Shown piece after piece: positions 13,600-24,826 of a stretch of 64,000 nucleotides of DNA. The notes under the pieces were generated by a model. It was not told the DNA's origin, ran no database searches, and was given only the letters and a program-made list of their open reading frames with translations. Positions within the stretch are counted from its first letter, which is position 1. Each line of letters begins with the position of its first letter. The stretch is from Rhizodiscina lignyota. Taxonomy: Eukaryota. The position numbers and the translations under genes were made by a program. The stretch spans positions 930,001 to 994,000 of the forward strand of contig ML978130.1 of assembly GCA_010015805.1 (NCBI GenBank). The letters are read 5' to 3'.

Positions 13600-16500
13600 A
13601 TGGGTGTCCCAAAGTTCTTTCGATGGATGTCAGAGCGGTATCCGACCATCTCTCAGCTCATTGCGGAGAACCGGATACCGGAATTTGATTGTCTTTATGT
13701 GAGTTTGGCTACAGAGTCAGAGCGAGCAACGCTGACTCGCAACACAGCTGGATATGAATGGCATCATCCACAATTGTACACATAAGGATTCCGATTCTCC
13801 TACCTTCCGCCTGACCGAAGACAAAATGTTTATGGCCATCTTCAACTACATCGAACACCTGTTTGGCAAGATTAAGCCGAAGAAACTCTTCTTCATGGCT
13901 ATCGACGGTGTTGCTCCTCGTGCGAAGATGAATCAGCAGCGCGCGCGTCGTTTCCGAACCGCGTTAGATGCCGAGGTCGCACGAAACCAGGCGATTCGCG
14001 AAGGCGTCGAGATGCCAAAGGAAGATCCATTTGACAGTAACTGCATCACACCTGGAACAGAGTTTATGGCAAAGCTTACGAGGCACCTGAAATATTTCAT
14101 CAACAAGAAGATCTCTGAGGATACGGACTGGCAGGGCGTGGAAATCGTCCTGTCTGGCCACGAAGTTCCCGGAGAAGGTGAACACAAGATCATGGAGTAC
14201 ATTCGACAGACCAAGTCACAACCTGATTACAATCCGAACATGCGCCATTGTTTGTACGGCCTGGATGCCGATCTCATCATGTTGGGCTTGCTTAGCCACG
14301 ACCCTCATTTTTGCTTGCTGCGTGAAGAAGTCACATTTGGTCGGCAGAGCCAGAAGAAGTCCAAGGAACTGGAGCATCAGAATTTCTTCTTGCTTCATCT
14401 CTGCCTGGTGCGCGAATATCTGAAGCTTGAGTTTCAGGAGCTTGAAGAGCCTGGAGCTCTTTCTTTTCCTTTCGATATGGAACGCGTCATTGATGACTTC
14501 ATCCTCATGGCCTTCTTTGTTGGAAACGATTTTCTTCCGAACTTGCCTCACTTGCATATCAACGAAGGTGCCCTTGCGCTGATGTTTGGCGTGTACAAGA
14601 CGGTTTTGCGCAAGACGGATGGTTACATTAACGAAGGGGGCGTCATCAACTTACAGCGGCTAGCGATTTTGTTGGATGAGCTCTCGCATGTGGAATACCG
14701 ATTTTTCGAATCGGAAAACGCAGACGCGAATTGGTTCAAGGGGAAGCAGATGGAGCGCGAGGACGTCATGGAGCGTACCAAGCGCAGAGGACAGCTTGTT
14801 CTCTCATCCGATCAGAAGGCGATTTTCCGAAAGATACGCACATACGTGCAATCGCGCCCTGCGACCGGCGATGTGGAACCGTACGACCTTCCAACTTCAT
14901 TGCCAGCACGCGACCGAAAGTTCGTTGAAGAGCTGGCCGATGCACTTCATCTCCAGTGGAAGACGGCGCAAGATGAAGACGGAGAGCGTCATCTTCAACT
15001 TTCATTCCCTCCACGACTACTGGACGGCGATGACGGCGAGGAAGAATCCTCCGAAGAAGACGAAGAAGCCCAATCAGCAGTGCTCCGTGTTATTAAGCGA
15101 TATGAAAATGCCAAGGTTGTCGATATGAACGCCGAAGAAGCGCAAGCTGCTATGCAGAAGAAGTACGACGACAAGTTCTATACTTGGAAGAATTCTCATT
15201 ACCAGGAGAAGTTTGGATGGGGCATGGACAATGAAGAAGAGCTGAGGAAGCTGACGGAGAACTATGTACAGGGCTTACAATGGGTTCTGTATTACTATTA
15301 TCGTGGTGTTGCTTCTTGGCCATGGTTTTACGGTTATCACTATGCGCCCATGATTTCAGGTAAGTCTCCAAATCACCCCTCTATGGAACATACTAAATGT
15401 TACAAGACGTCAAAAAGGGATTGAATGCCGACATGAACTTTACACTGGGCCAGCCTTTCCGTCCTTACCAGCAACTTATGGGTGTCCTCCCGGACCGCAG
15501 CAAGAAGATTGTTCCCCAGTGCTACTGGGATCTCATGTCGAACCCAGACTCTCCAATTATCGATTTCTACCCCCGTGACTTCGAGTTGGATATGAACGGC
15601 AAGAAGATGGAGTGGGAAGCTGTTGTCAAGATTCCATTCATCGAGGAGAATCGTCTGCTAGCCGCAATGGCAACGAAAGAGAAGGATTTGACGGATGATG
15701 AGCGCGCGAGGAACGACTTTGGTGTCACTCTCAAGTTCATGTACCAGCCGGATCTTGACTTCATCTATCCATCCTCAATTCCTGGAGTCTTTCCTGACCT
15801 GCCACACTGTCGCTGTGTCGAGAACGTTTTCGAACTTCCCACTATGGACGGCCTTGAAGTGTACGTTGGCTTGATGGATGGGGTTCTACTGGGTGCAAAG
15901 GCTTTGGCGGGCTTCCCAAGCCTCAAGACACTCCCTTTCACTGGATCTTTGGGGTTCCATGGCGTCAATGTCTTCCAACAGGACTCGAGGAACGAGAGCA
16001 TGGTCGTCACGATATCCGACACCGAGAACACTGCTAAAGTGGCCAATGCTCAAGCCAAGCTGGGCAAGAGCATATTTGTTGGCTATCCATTTCTGCAGGA
16101 AGCCAAGGTGGTTAGGGTGTCTGACGAACTGTTCAATTACACACTGCCAAATCCTGACGCGACACAGCCCATACAGACTCCGCACAGTCCGTTTGAAATC
16201 GACCAGTGGCGAAAGAAAGCCGAACGTATCGAAAATTTCTATAGCAAACGACTGGGCGTGATCATTGGCTCTGTCGAGTCGCTTGTCCACGTCGATATGC
16301 TCAAAGGTCTCACCAAGACTGACTCCGGCGCGACCGTAAAGGAATACGCACAACTCGAGGGCGTCGAGACTGATTTCGCTACTCAGAGCATCGTTGACGA
16401 TGTGTTCAGCCAGGACCAGCGTTTTATCGAGCGGGACGCGCTTCCTCTCGATGAAGAGTTCCCAATTGGCTCGCGAGCATTCTACTTGGGCGATTTTGCC

Positions 16501-18006
16501 TATGGCCGGCCTCTGGAAGTAATTTCCCACGTTGGAGAGAAACTGGAGGTCTGGCTATCTACCCTGAAAGGTCGTGAGTCTGAGTTTGGTCGCGAAGTCG
16601 TTGCACAAGTCGAGCGTAATACTCCGTACACTCCTTCATATGCTGTGGCGAGGATGCTCAATCTCAATCCTCTCGTCTTGAGCAAGATCACCGCGTCGTT
16701 TTCCGTCAACTCCAGCTCGTTGAAGCTGAACCTCGGATTGAACCTCAAATTCGAAGCCAAGAAGATGAAGGTCTTGGGTTATTCTCGTCGCAGTGGAAGT
16801 GGCTGGGAATTCAGCGATAAGGCTATCAATCTAATCCAGCAGTATATGATCCAGTTTCCGGAGTTCATAGCCGGCATTCAGCGCATGCCAAAGGGCGACA
16901 TCTATCAAGATACCGACTTTTACCCCAAGGAAATTGCTGCTGCTAAGATGAAAGAGATTGGCCAGTGGCTTAAGAGTGTGGAGACCAAAAGCTTCCAGAA
17001 GGTGCCACTCGACGCAGCACAACTTGACTCTGACGCTGTTGCTCTCATCGAGCAAGCGGCAGATTATAATCTCACTAATGGTCCCCCTACTGAGGCTAAA
17101 CGCATCAAGGGTGTTCCTCGACACGCGTTGCTCAAACCTTCCGATGCTGAACATCGCGTTGGTGATCAACGATTCTCACTAGGAGATCGCCTTGTCTACG
17201 TTCAAGATTCTGGCCGAGTTCCTATTGGCCAGCGTGGCACTGTGATTGGTATCACGCATACTGCGCGTATCATCTGGCTCGATGTAGTTTTCGATACCAC
17301 TTTCATGGGCGGCACTTCTCTTGATCAGCGTTGCTCAGACTTTCGAGGCTCGACTGTTCCGCATAATGCTGTCCTTAACTTAACGGATTGGCAGCTCGTG
17401 GCTCTCTCACAGGCCGCGGCTGCGCATCGTGCGTCGTCAACGTCCCAGCCACTGACCCAGCAACGTGGATACGGCGCTCCTGTTGGGGTGAATGGCCAGG
17501 GCCAACTGGTTCCAGCAGACACGCCTCCACCTCTACAGGGCTCTTGGCGTGGAGCGCTCAACGGACAGAATGGTGGATATCGCGGCGGCCGTGGCCGAGG
17601 TGGCCCAGGCTACAACGGTAACGGCAACGGCACGCCACCGAATCAGCAGCAGCAACAGACCCTTTCCATGCGCGGCGGTCCCGCTCCACGTCCTGGTCGC
17701 GGCCGTGGTGGCATGCACACGCCACCCAACAACAATTACGCCAACGGCAACGGAGGCAACCGTGGAGGTCGAGGTGGTCCATTCCGTGGAGGTTCTCAGG
17801 GCCAGAATAGGAACGGTTATATTGTCACAGACAATGGCGATCCGACTGCTGGCGTGGTGAACAATAACCCGAACTTCAGGCCGCAGAATTACTCTGCTGT
17901 GCCTCCGCCTGCGAACCTTGATGCGGGTGCAAGGGGTGGAAGAGGACGTGGTAGAGGTAGAGGAGGGGAGAGGGGTCGGGCGAGAGGAATGGTGAGGGGT
18001 GCGTAG
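13600..18006 (+). CDS. XRN1: 5'-3' exoribonuclease 1
   Basis: MGVPKFFRWMSERYP, LDMNGIIHNCTH, DGVAPRAKMNQQRARRF, VPGEGEHKIMEYIR, YGLDADLIML; introns ~13699-13748 and 15360-15406; long C-terminal region typical of Xrn1 rather than Rat1; RGG-rich tail. Confidence 0.97.
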
Positions 18007-18413
18007 GGCATTGAAGTGTAGCATGCTCATTTGCGGATGACGAAGGTGCTTGTAGCTTAAATAGCTTGAACTGGCAGCTTCAATAGATGAAATCGAAGAG
18101 CGGAATCTCTTCCACTCCCTCGGCAACAGGCATGAGATTTTGCGTGGATTTTGCGTGGTTGAAAAAGTGACTTGACATTGATGATATCATGCTATCGCTT
18201 CACATAGTGAATTGTCTGTTAGTGGCTATTTACTTTCTTCTGTTCCAGTTAGATACGACATGCTGCTGCCCATGATTGGACTTCTGGTACAGTCAAAACA
18301 TAGTTTCAGACCCTCCAGTGTTAAGTGTTAGATCGACAGCCTAGCAGTGCGGGCATTGATGTGCGGACACATGGAGCTGGAAGCCTTTCAAGTTCTGAGT
18401 TCACGCGTCGGCT

Positions 18414-18821
18414 TATCCCCTTGCGCTAGGCATTCCCGGCCTCGGTACAGAAGTACCTCTATCACAGGGGCCCTGGCACAGTTATTTATTCATTTTTCGG
18501 TGTATCTCTCCCTAGAGCTGGGTGCCCAAGCACCCGGGAGTCTAGGAACTAAAACCCGGGAATGCCAGGTCTAGCCGCAAGGGGGATAACCAAGGCGCGA
18601 GCAAGTAGATATGACAAATTCTAGCTACTCTAGTTATCCTGGTATCCCCCTTAGCGCTAGACTTGGCATTCCCGGTTTTAGTACCTAAATTCCGGGGGGT
18701 TAGGGCACCCAGCTCTGGGTGGGACTGGGTGCCAGGGGTCCCGTGATGTGGGTACCTCCGTACCGAGTCTGGGGGGTACTTCTGTACCGAGGCCGGGAAT
18801 GCCCTAGCGCTAAGGGGGATA
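18414..18821. mobile_element. Foldback made of two inverted MITE-like units (~175 bp each) with terminal inverted repeats and TA ends
   Basis: Left end tatccccttgcgctaggcattcccggcctcggtacagaagtacc is the near-perfect reverse complement of the right end ggtacttctgtaccgaggccgggaatgccctagcgctaagggggata. Inner arms (~18511-18595 vs ~18638-18718) are also complementary. Each unit (18414-18588, 18643-18821) starts tatcccc and ends ggggata. Confidence 0.75.
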
Positions 18822-19006
18822 GAGATCCCAAGTTGGCCCAAATCTATGTTCACGTAACAGTCAAGTCTAGCTTAGATGCGACAGACTTCCACTGTCTCCC
18901 CTCATTCAGCATGCACGGCGACATTTTCCGCACAGCTCGCTCATTGACGAAGATTATGATTAAAAGTAGTATCCATATAAATCTATTTAAGCCCTCATTA
19001 ATTCCA

Positions 19007-22000
19007 TCAACGAGTCAAGAACCCGTCGCTGTCATACAAGCTCCTCGGAGAGTCGCTAAAGCCTTCCAATCTCACCACGCTGCTTCCTGTTGGCGGCTGC
19101 ACCACAACCTTGATATGATGGCCGGCTGGCGTGTCCACGGCCGCTCTGACACTCGATTCTTTACCGCCATCATTGACTTGGGTGACCTCGACGCTCGTAC
19201 CCCGGTTCCCCGCAGACATGCTCATGTTCAGAATCGCGCTCTTGCGCATCTCACTGGAACGTTCGGGGCGCCTCTTGCGCGCCGCATTGATAGGGCCTGC
19301 AGATATTGCTGGGCGCGGCGACATTCGGTACTGGGAGCTACTTCCGCCGGAGGATGATGTAGCACGTTCACCTTGCTGGTGTGTGTGAAATAGTCCGGGA
19401 ATGTACATCGCCGGAGATGTCGCATGAGTATTCGGGCGTGGCAGCACAGCAGGCTTCGGACAGGGACTGCTCGGACATTCAATCTCGGGGATATTCTGCT
19501 CCCAAAACCTCTCGCCATCCTCCCAGACGGTGCTGCTTCGTCTTGACTCTTCCTGCTCGACCTTTCTTATCGTGCCGTTCCATTGATTACCGCCAGAGCC
19601 CAATGTGCCACTGTCTTCTCTATCCCATGACTTCGCGATCTCGTCCGAGTGGAACCAACTGAGATCAGTATTCACTCCACATTCGGCAGTGTCATTCTTT
19701 TCCTCTCCACTGTGATCCTTGATTCCAAGCAGCTCATCCACGTCCAGCTCTTCATCTTCCGATAATCCATCTAATATTCCCAGCCCAAACCCGGCCTGAT
19801 CTACATCATCGGGGTTTGCGATGCTAGTAAAGTCCATGTAGCTGTCTCTGTACGCGGCGGCACCAGGCAGTGTAGGACTAGCGCCTCTCCCCATTCGCAA
19901 ATAATGTCGCTCGGCCCTAAAGGAATCACCAGCATCCGAGTTCATTCTCCTCAGTGTCTGAACAGTCCATCTCAATGGATTCGCCGGTTGAGCACGAGGG
20001 CCCACGAGCGTGTTCGAGCGAGAGACAGACGGCGGCATCGCCGGAGCAGAAGGCGATGGCAGTTCGGCGTCTGTAGGGGACGGTCCTTCCAGTTTACCAA
20101 GATTGAGCATAGATTTCATCTCTGTACTGTTCATTGGAAGAGAGTCCGAGCCAGCCAAGAATGAAGGTGGTCTTGAGGTCTTTGGTGAGCAGGGCGATGA
20201 TGAAGACGGTAGATGTCGCGGGCTGGCGGACCGCTGGATGTGCCATCCTTCGATAGACAGCATTGGTGGGCTGCTCGCGGGGACCTGAAGGGTGGCTTCC
20301 GGTTCTTCTGTCTGCATCTCTGGCAAAGCGTCACCGTCTGCCTCGCTGCTAGATAATGCTAGAAATGCTTTGAGGAGGTCGTCCTCGGTGGCAGATGGAG
20401 CTTTCGGTGTTTCTTCAGCCGGTGGGGTGCTCAATGCATCTTGGAACACATCCTCATCCTCCCTCTCGTTCTTTTTGGATCCCATCGACGGCGTTGAGAG
20501 CTTAATCGTGGGAGGTTGCATCTGCTCTTTCGGCACTCTGTCTTTGCACGGGCTTGGGAATGATGGGATGCTGAGCTGGGAAGACACCATGCTCAACCGG
20601 GTAGAATTGCGTTTGTACGGAGACGACCTATTTGAATTTAGACCGAACACCTCCATCGGCAAGAAATTCTCCTGGCAGAAGTTCACAAGCGAAAGCCTCG
20701 GAGATGACGATGTGAGTGATGCTCTCAGTGCAGTGAGCCCAAGACCCACGTCAGGTTGGAATGCGGATGCAGTTGGTGGCCTGGGAAGATCTCTTTTTGT
20801 AGTGAGCGGATTCGGGAGTGCGTTTGCCTGCTCAAGCATGTCATCTGAAGACTCTTCTTTGATGCCATTCATAGCAGGTGGACTGTTATTCTGACTTGCT
20901 GCGCCGAGGATTGTAGGCTGAAGTGAAATCCGTACACAATTCTGTCGTCGGTGGCCAGGGCTTCGGGCTCCAGGGCTACCCTTCAGCGCTGATGGCCGTG
21001 GTTGCCGTATCGGAGATGACTGCCAGTGAAACAACTGGCCATCGTTGCCTTGAGATGTAGAATTCCGGAGGGGAGATTGAGAGCGTTCACGTGGCGTAGG
21101 TCCTGAATTGCCAGATATATCCTGCAGAATGGAGGCTCTACGTTCGCTTGGTGAACCCTTTGCGTCGACAGAGATCCTAGACTGCCGCCGAGGTGTGTGC
21201 AGAAGCCGTACATTGCGATTGCCTATCGACGATGCTGAAGAGGCTCGACTCAGCCTTATCGTCTCAGCTGTCGCAATCTTCCCAGCCGACAGGTGATCAT
21301 GACCACTTAGAGAAGATGCAACACTGCTTGAACGTGAAAGACGCCCGCCTGTTGCACTATCGCCACTGTATCGCACTATCGAGCTCTTGATAGAACCATT
21401 CGATCCAATCGTCTGATGCCTTCGCAGGCTTGGCGATTTGCTCACTCCGCTGTGAGGACTTTTCTGTGGTCTCGGTCCAATGATGAGCGAGTTTGCCCAT
21501 TCCCGGCCGGCGCCCTCCATCAGCTTGAAGCTTCGATCTCGTTTGACAGCAGGGTTAGGACTGCGAATCAAAACAGAGCTGCCACCAGATTCTACGCTTG
21601 ATACGGACAAGCGCGCTGGGGCCGGGTTGAATGAGACCATGCTGCTGCGTTTCTCTTCGGCAGTGAGATGCACGGGCAGTGGTGGCACTGGAGCCTCTGG
21701 CGCTATGCCGACAGTTTGACTGCAGAGGCTTATTGACCGACCGCGCATTTGGGGTCTTTTCGACTTCGCAGGTTCCTCGCGGCTCATGTAGGAAGGCAGA
21801 GATGCGATAGACTTAGAGCGGCTTTCTACAAGGCGTATGGTTTCTGCTCCTCTGGGCCCTGATAGTGGTGCTGGCTTCAATGCGGGCAACGCCACGGCAG
21901 ATGAGTGTGGGCTATCCGGTCTGTGATCATCATCTGTTGGAACAGGACTAGATTCCTCATCGTGCATGTCCTGGTGATTCCTGTTGCCAAAGTAGCCGTA

Positions 22001-22591
22001 TGGATCTGGTCCTGCTGCTTCGTCTGGGTCTGGAATGAGTGGCCTTGGGGTAACCACCTGTCGGCTCGACGGGCTTTCCGAGAAAGCTTCAGTGATCGCG
22101 GATAACGTCGATTGTCGAGCTTGTCCGCGGCCATGACGGTGATGAAATCCACGCGAGAATGGCCAGGGCAGATGTTTGGCTCTCTCAGGGGTAGTTTGTT
22201 CGGCTGGTTCGCTGTAGTGAAAGGTATGATATGGTGAAAGCGGGCCGCCATAATCCGGAGTCTTGCCATAGCTCTCATGTGAGTCGAGGCTATCCCAGCC
22301 AGATTGGCAATTGCCATATGCCTGGATACAATTGTTGCGCCGCAAGACAGTTCGAGTGCGGGTTGTATTTGGATCCTGAATCTCCGCTATTGATGGTCGA
22401 CGTATGTCTGCTCCGCGGCTCTCTAGGTCGTTGATGAGGCGTTTGTGAGACTTGCGAGCTTTGACTATTAGGATCACAAGCCCGACAAGAACGGCGAGAA
22501 TAACGAGGCCGGCAACTGCGATACCGACGACGATGCCGATATTCAAATGCTGTGCCGTAGCCGCACCTGTGGAGTTAGTATCTCCCGCCAT
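19007..22591 (-). CDS. Large Ser/Pro/Arg-rich, largely disordered protein with one N-terminal TM anchor (hypothetical)
   Basis: Intronless 1194-aa ORF; hydrophobic IGIVVGIAVAGLVILAVLVGLVILIV followed by KARKSHKR; low-complexity S/P/R body. Confidence 0.85.
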   Translation of the reverse strand: MAGDTNSTGAATAQHLNIGIVVGIAVAGLVILAVLVGLVILIVKARKSHKRLINDLESRGADIRRPSIAEIQDPNTTRTRTVLRRNNCIQAYGNCQSGWDSLDSHESYGKTPDYGGPLSPYHTFHYSEPAEQTTPERAKHLPWPFSRGFHHRHGRGQARQSTLSAITEAFSESPSSRQVVTPRPLIPDPDEAAGPDPYGYFGNRNHQDMHDEESSPVPTDDDHRPDSPHSSAVALPALKPAPLSGPRGAETIRLVESRSKSIASLPSYMSREEPAKSKRPQMRGRSISLCSQTVGIAPEAPVPPLPVHLTAEEKRSSMVSFNPAPARLSVSSVESGGSSVLIRSPNPAVKRDRSFKLMEGAGREWANSLIIGPRPQKSPHSGVSKSPSLRRHQTIGSNGSIKSSIVRYSGDSATGGRLSRSSSVASSLSGHDHLSAGKIATAETIRLSRASSASSIGNRNVRLLHTPRRQSRISVDAKGSPSERRASILQDISGNSGPTPRERSQSPLRNSTSQGNDGQLFHWQSSPIRQPRPSALKGSPGARSPGHRRQNCVRISLQPTILGAASQNNSPPAMNGIKEESSDDMLEQANALPNPLTTKRDLPRPPTASAFQPDVGLGLTALRASLTSSSPRLSLVNFCQENFLPMEVFGLNSNRSSPYKRNSTRLSMVSSQLSIPSFPSPCKDRVPKEQMQPPTIKLSTPSMGSKKNEREDEDVFQDALSTPPAEETPKAPSATEDDLLKAFLALSSSEADGDALPEMQTEEPEATLQVPASSPPMLSIEGWHIQRSASPRHLPSSSSPCSPKTSRPPSFLAGSDSLPMNSTEMKSMLNLGKLEGPSPTDAELPSPSAPAMPPSVSRSNTLVGPRAQPANPLRWTVQTLRRMNSDAGDSFRAERHYLRMGRGASPTLPGAAAYRDSYMDFTSIANPDDVDQAGFGLGILDGLSEDEELDVDELLGIKDHSGEEKNDTAECGVNTDLSWFHSDEIAKSWDREDSGTLGSGGNQWNGTIRKVEQEESRRSSTVWEDGERFWEQNIPEIECPSSPCPKPAVLPRPNTHATSPAMYIPGLFHTHQQGERATSSSGGSSSQYRMSPRPAISAGPINAARKRRPERSSEMRKSAILNMSMSAGNRGTSVEVTQVNDGGKESSVRAAVDTPAGHHIKVVVQPPTGSSVVRLEGFSDSPRSLYDSDGFLTR

Positions 22592-23047
22592 TTCGTGATA
22601 GCCAGTGCCGATCTAGCTGTCGATATTACTATGTATGCAATTCTAACAATGCTATCGTGGACAAGAAATGATGACTTTTGAGGCGGACTCGGGGCTTGGT
22701 ACGAAAGGCATTTATCCGCGGGTAGGTACTCGACGAGGACGTTTGTGGCGATTTCTGGGTTTGATTGGCGCTTTAGAGTTGAAACCGAAATCAATAACTA
22801 TTTCATAGTATCGCGGGAAAACCGGGGTTGTCGTGATAATACGGTCACCCGAAGGAGGTGGTCGTTCGGTCGGTCGGTCGCTAATATGAGAATGCACAGC
22901 GGATAGAGAGATCGTGAAGAAACTCATCTTGTATTTCTTTCCCATTTCAGTCCTCGGTATGTGAAAATTCAAAACAAGCGCCTGGAATGTAGAGCCTTTT
23001 GATGCCACACGATGCACAATACCATTGAAGCAAGGGGGAAGCAATCA

Positions 23048-24280
23048 TCATACACCAACCTCACCGACCGGGCCGACGGCACCCACAACACCTCCCATAC
23101 TACCCATACCCACAACAGATTCGTTCTGACGTAGCAGCTCTTTAACCCTGTTACTAACCGCTCCGAGCAACTTCTGTATGCTCTCTGTGAATTCAATGCC
23201 AAATCTCGCGCACACAATCTGCACATTGCCCTTCTTCTTGTAGCCGTCCGGACAGCAGACAATGACTTTGTTCTGCGCATTCCTTGCATTCAGGCCCAGT
23301 TCTAGAAGAGTAATGGGCGCTTCCGTAGTCCTGGCGAAGTAAACTGCAACAATGTCGGCGCGGTCCATCATGCTCATCTCCCACTCCACTTGCTCCCGGA
23401 AAGGTTCGAAGGAGATGTCTTCCGTCCAAGAGCTGTCCCAATCATCGCGATGTGGATTCAGAAAGGTAACAGGCTGGTGAGCGACACCTCTAGTGAGGTA
23501 TTGTCGCCAGTCAGTGTGGCCTCGCTCTATAGTACCAGAGAGAAATATCAAGGGACGTCCACCACGAAGAGCACCGGCCTCATCAGGAACTAAGTTTGGC
23601 GCAAAAATGGTATCGTATAGAGGTGGCCTCGACGGGTGGGATGTTGGGTGAGACGGAGTGGCAATGTTGGCTGTTTCGGTGGTTGTCGAAACTGGTGGAC
23701 CAGCTATGGCGGGATCAATTGCATCGTCTGAGGGGTCTACATCTGCAGGCACATCTGGCTGAGAGGGTTCATCACCAGCTGCACTAGCGTCAGTGAACGT
23801 GGAGAGATTGCTGAGTCTACGTGACTCTGCGTCGTCCGGACCAACGAGACCGAGCAGAGCTTTGTTCTTCTTCTCCCGGTCGCTGTCAGCAAGAGAGTGA
23901 TTATGCGATGTGCAGTCTCCATAGCGCTCGTAGATGACTGCTTGGACGACACCAGCCGGATCCTGGACCTCGACGACTTTCATTTGCATCTTGCATTGGT
24001 AGCCCTTCCGAATTTTGCGGTTGCGGATGCCATGGCCCTGCGTTGGGAGCTGAGGGCGGAACAGGCGACAGCGGTACCAGTGGACCGTGGCGTTGCCATC
24101 TTTCTTGATATTGGAGCGTGTCCAAAAGGTCTCGATATAAGGCCACACGGACTCATGCTGTTGACGCGTGAGCGAGTACTGCACGGCCTGGAGGTTGAAA
24201 AAATGTCGACGCCAGGCTTTGATCTGCTCAGGGTTCTCAAACGCGGTCGCAACCGCGATATCAGCGAAATGGACAACCAT
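23048..24280 (-). CDS. Fusion protein: N-terminal WRKY/GCM/MULE-like Zn-binding domain + C-terminal nucleoside 2-deoxyribosyltransferase-like domain
   Basis: Single open frame, likely ATG at 24280 (caaATGg). HWYRCRL..GYQCKMQMKV..SHNHSL (C-C-HxH). Then LIFLSGTIE..WRQ..FLNPHRDDWDSSW..FREQVEWEMSMMDRADIVAVYF..APITLLELG..VCCPDGYKKKGNVQIVC. Confidence 0.8.
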   Translation of the reverse strand: MVVHFADIAVATAFENPEQIKAWRRHFFNLQAVQYSLTRQQHESVWPYIETFWTRSNIKKDGNATVHWYRCRLFRPQLPTQGHGIRNRKIRKGYQCKMQMKVVEVQDPAGVVQAVIYERYGDCTSHNHSLADSDREKKNKALLGLVGPDDAESRRLSNLSTFTDASAAGDEPSQPDVPADVDPSDDAIDPAIAGPPVSTTTETANIATPSHPTSHPSRPPLYDTIFAPNLVPDEAGALRGGRPLIFLSGTIERGHTDWRQYLTRGVAHQPVTFLNPHRDDWDSSWTEDISFEPFREQVEWEMSMMDRADIVAVYFARTTEAPITLLELGLNARNAQNKVIVCCPDGYKKKGNVQIVCARFGIEFTESIQKLLGAVSNRVKELLRQNESVVGMGSMGGVVGAVGPVGEVGV

Positions 24281-24826
24281 TTGCAGCTCTGACTGAACAG
24301 CATACAGTAGCACGAGCAGTTTTCAATGAACAACGATGGCGTTCGAGTCGAACTGGTATACTGTCGGGAGGCGTGGAGAGCAAAGTGGCAGCCTCGCCCT
24401 CTTAAACTGCCACTGGACCGGTCTTGGCAGCGTCACGAAACCAACTGGCGCCCTCCGCTCCTGCCGCGCGGTGGTCAAGGCGGCGTCCCACATCAACATC
24501 ATTCGACTCCCCTCGCCCTTCAAATACACGAATCAAATACCATGGCATGCCCATACAGATGTTCTTGTCATCGCCCAGTACATGCAGTGACTGTCGAGTA
24601 AACAGAAGGTAGGGTTGTCGATTCGCCTGTCAATTGCTAAGGTTGCCATCAAATCCAACCACAAGCTTTGGCATGCGCCACAAGGCAGACTTTGCATTCA
24701 GCCTTCCATGAGCGAGACGACCCCAACTTCGTGGGTTTGCAAGGCTCGCAGACATCCCCAATGTTTGCCACATATCTTTACGCCTAAATCTAGCTTCAAT
24801 CTTCTACAATCCGGAATTGCTCGGCC

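Noticed and set aside
18136..18160. 12-bp direct repeat gattttgcgtgg x2 after XRN1
   Set aside because: Two copies only; most likely replication slippage, not an array or CRISPR
18719..19357. 212-aa plus-strand ORF starting in the foldback element (possible transposase)
   Set aside because: No transposase motifs; mostly antisense to the 1194-aa gene
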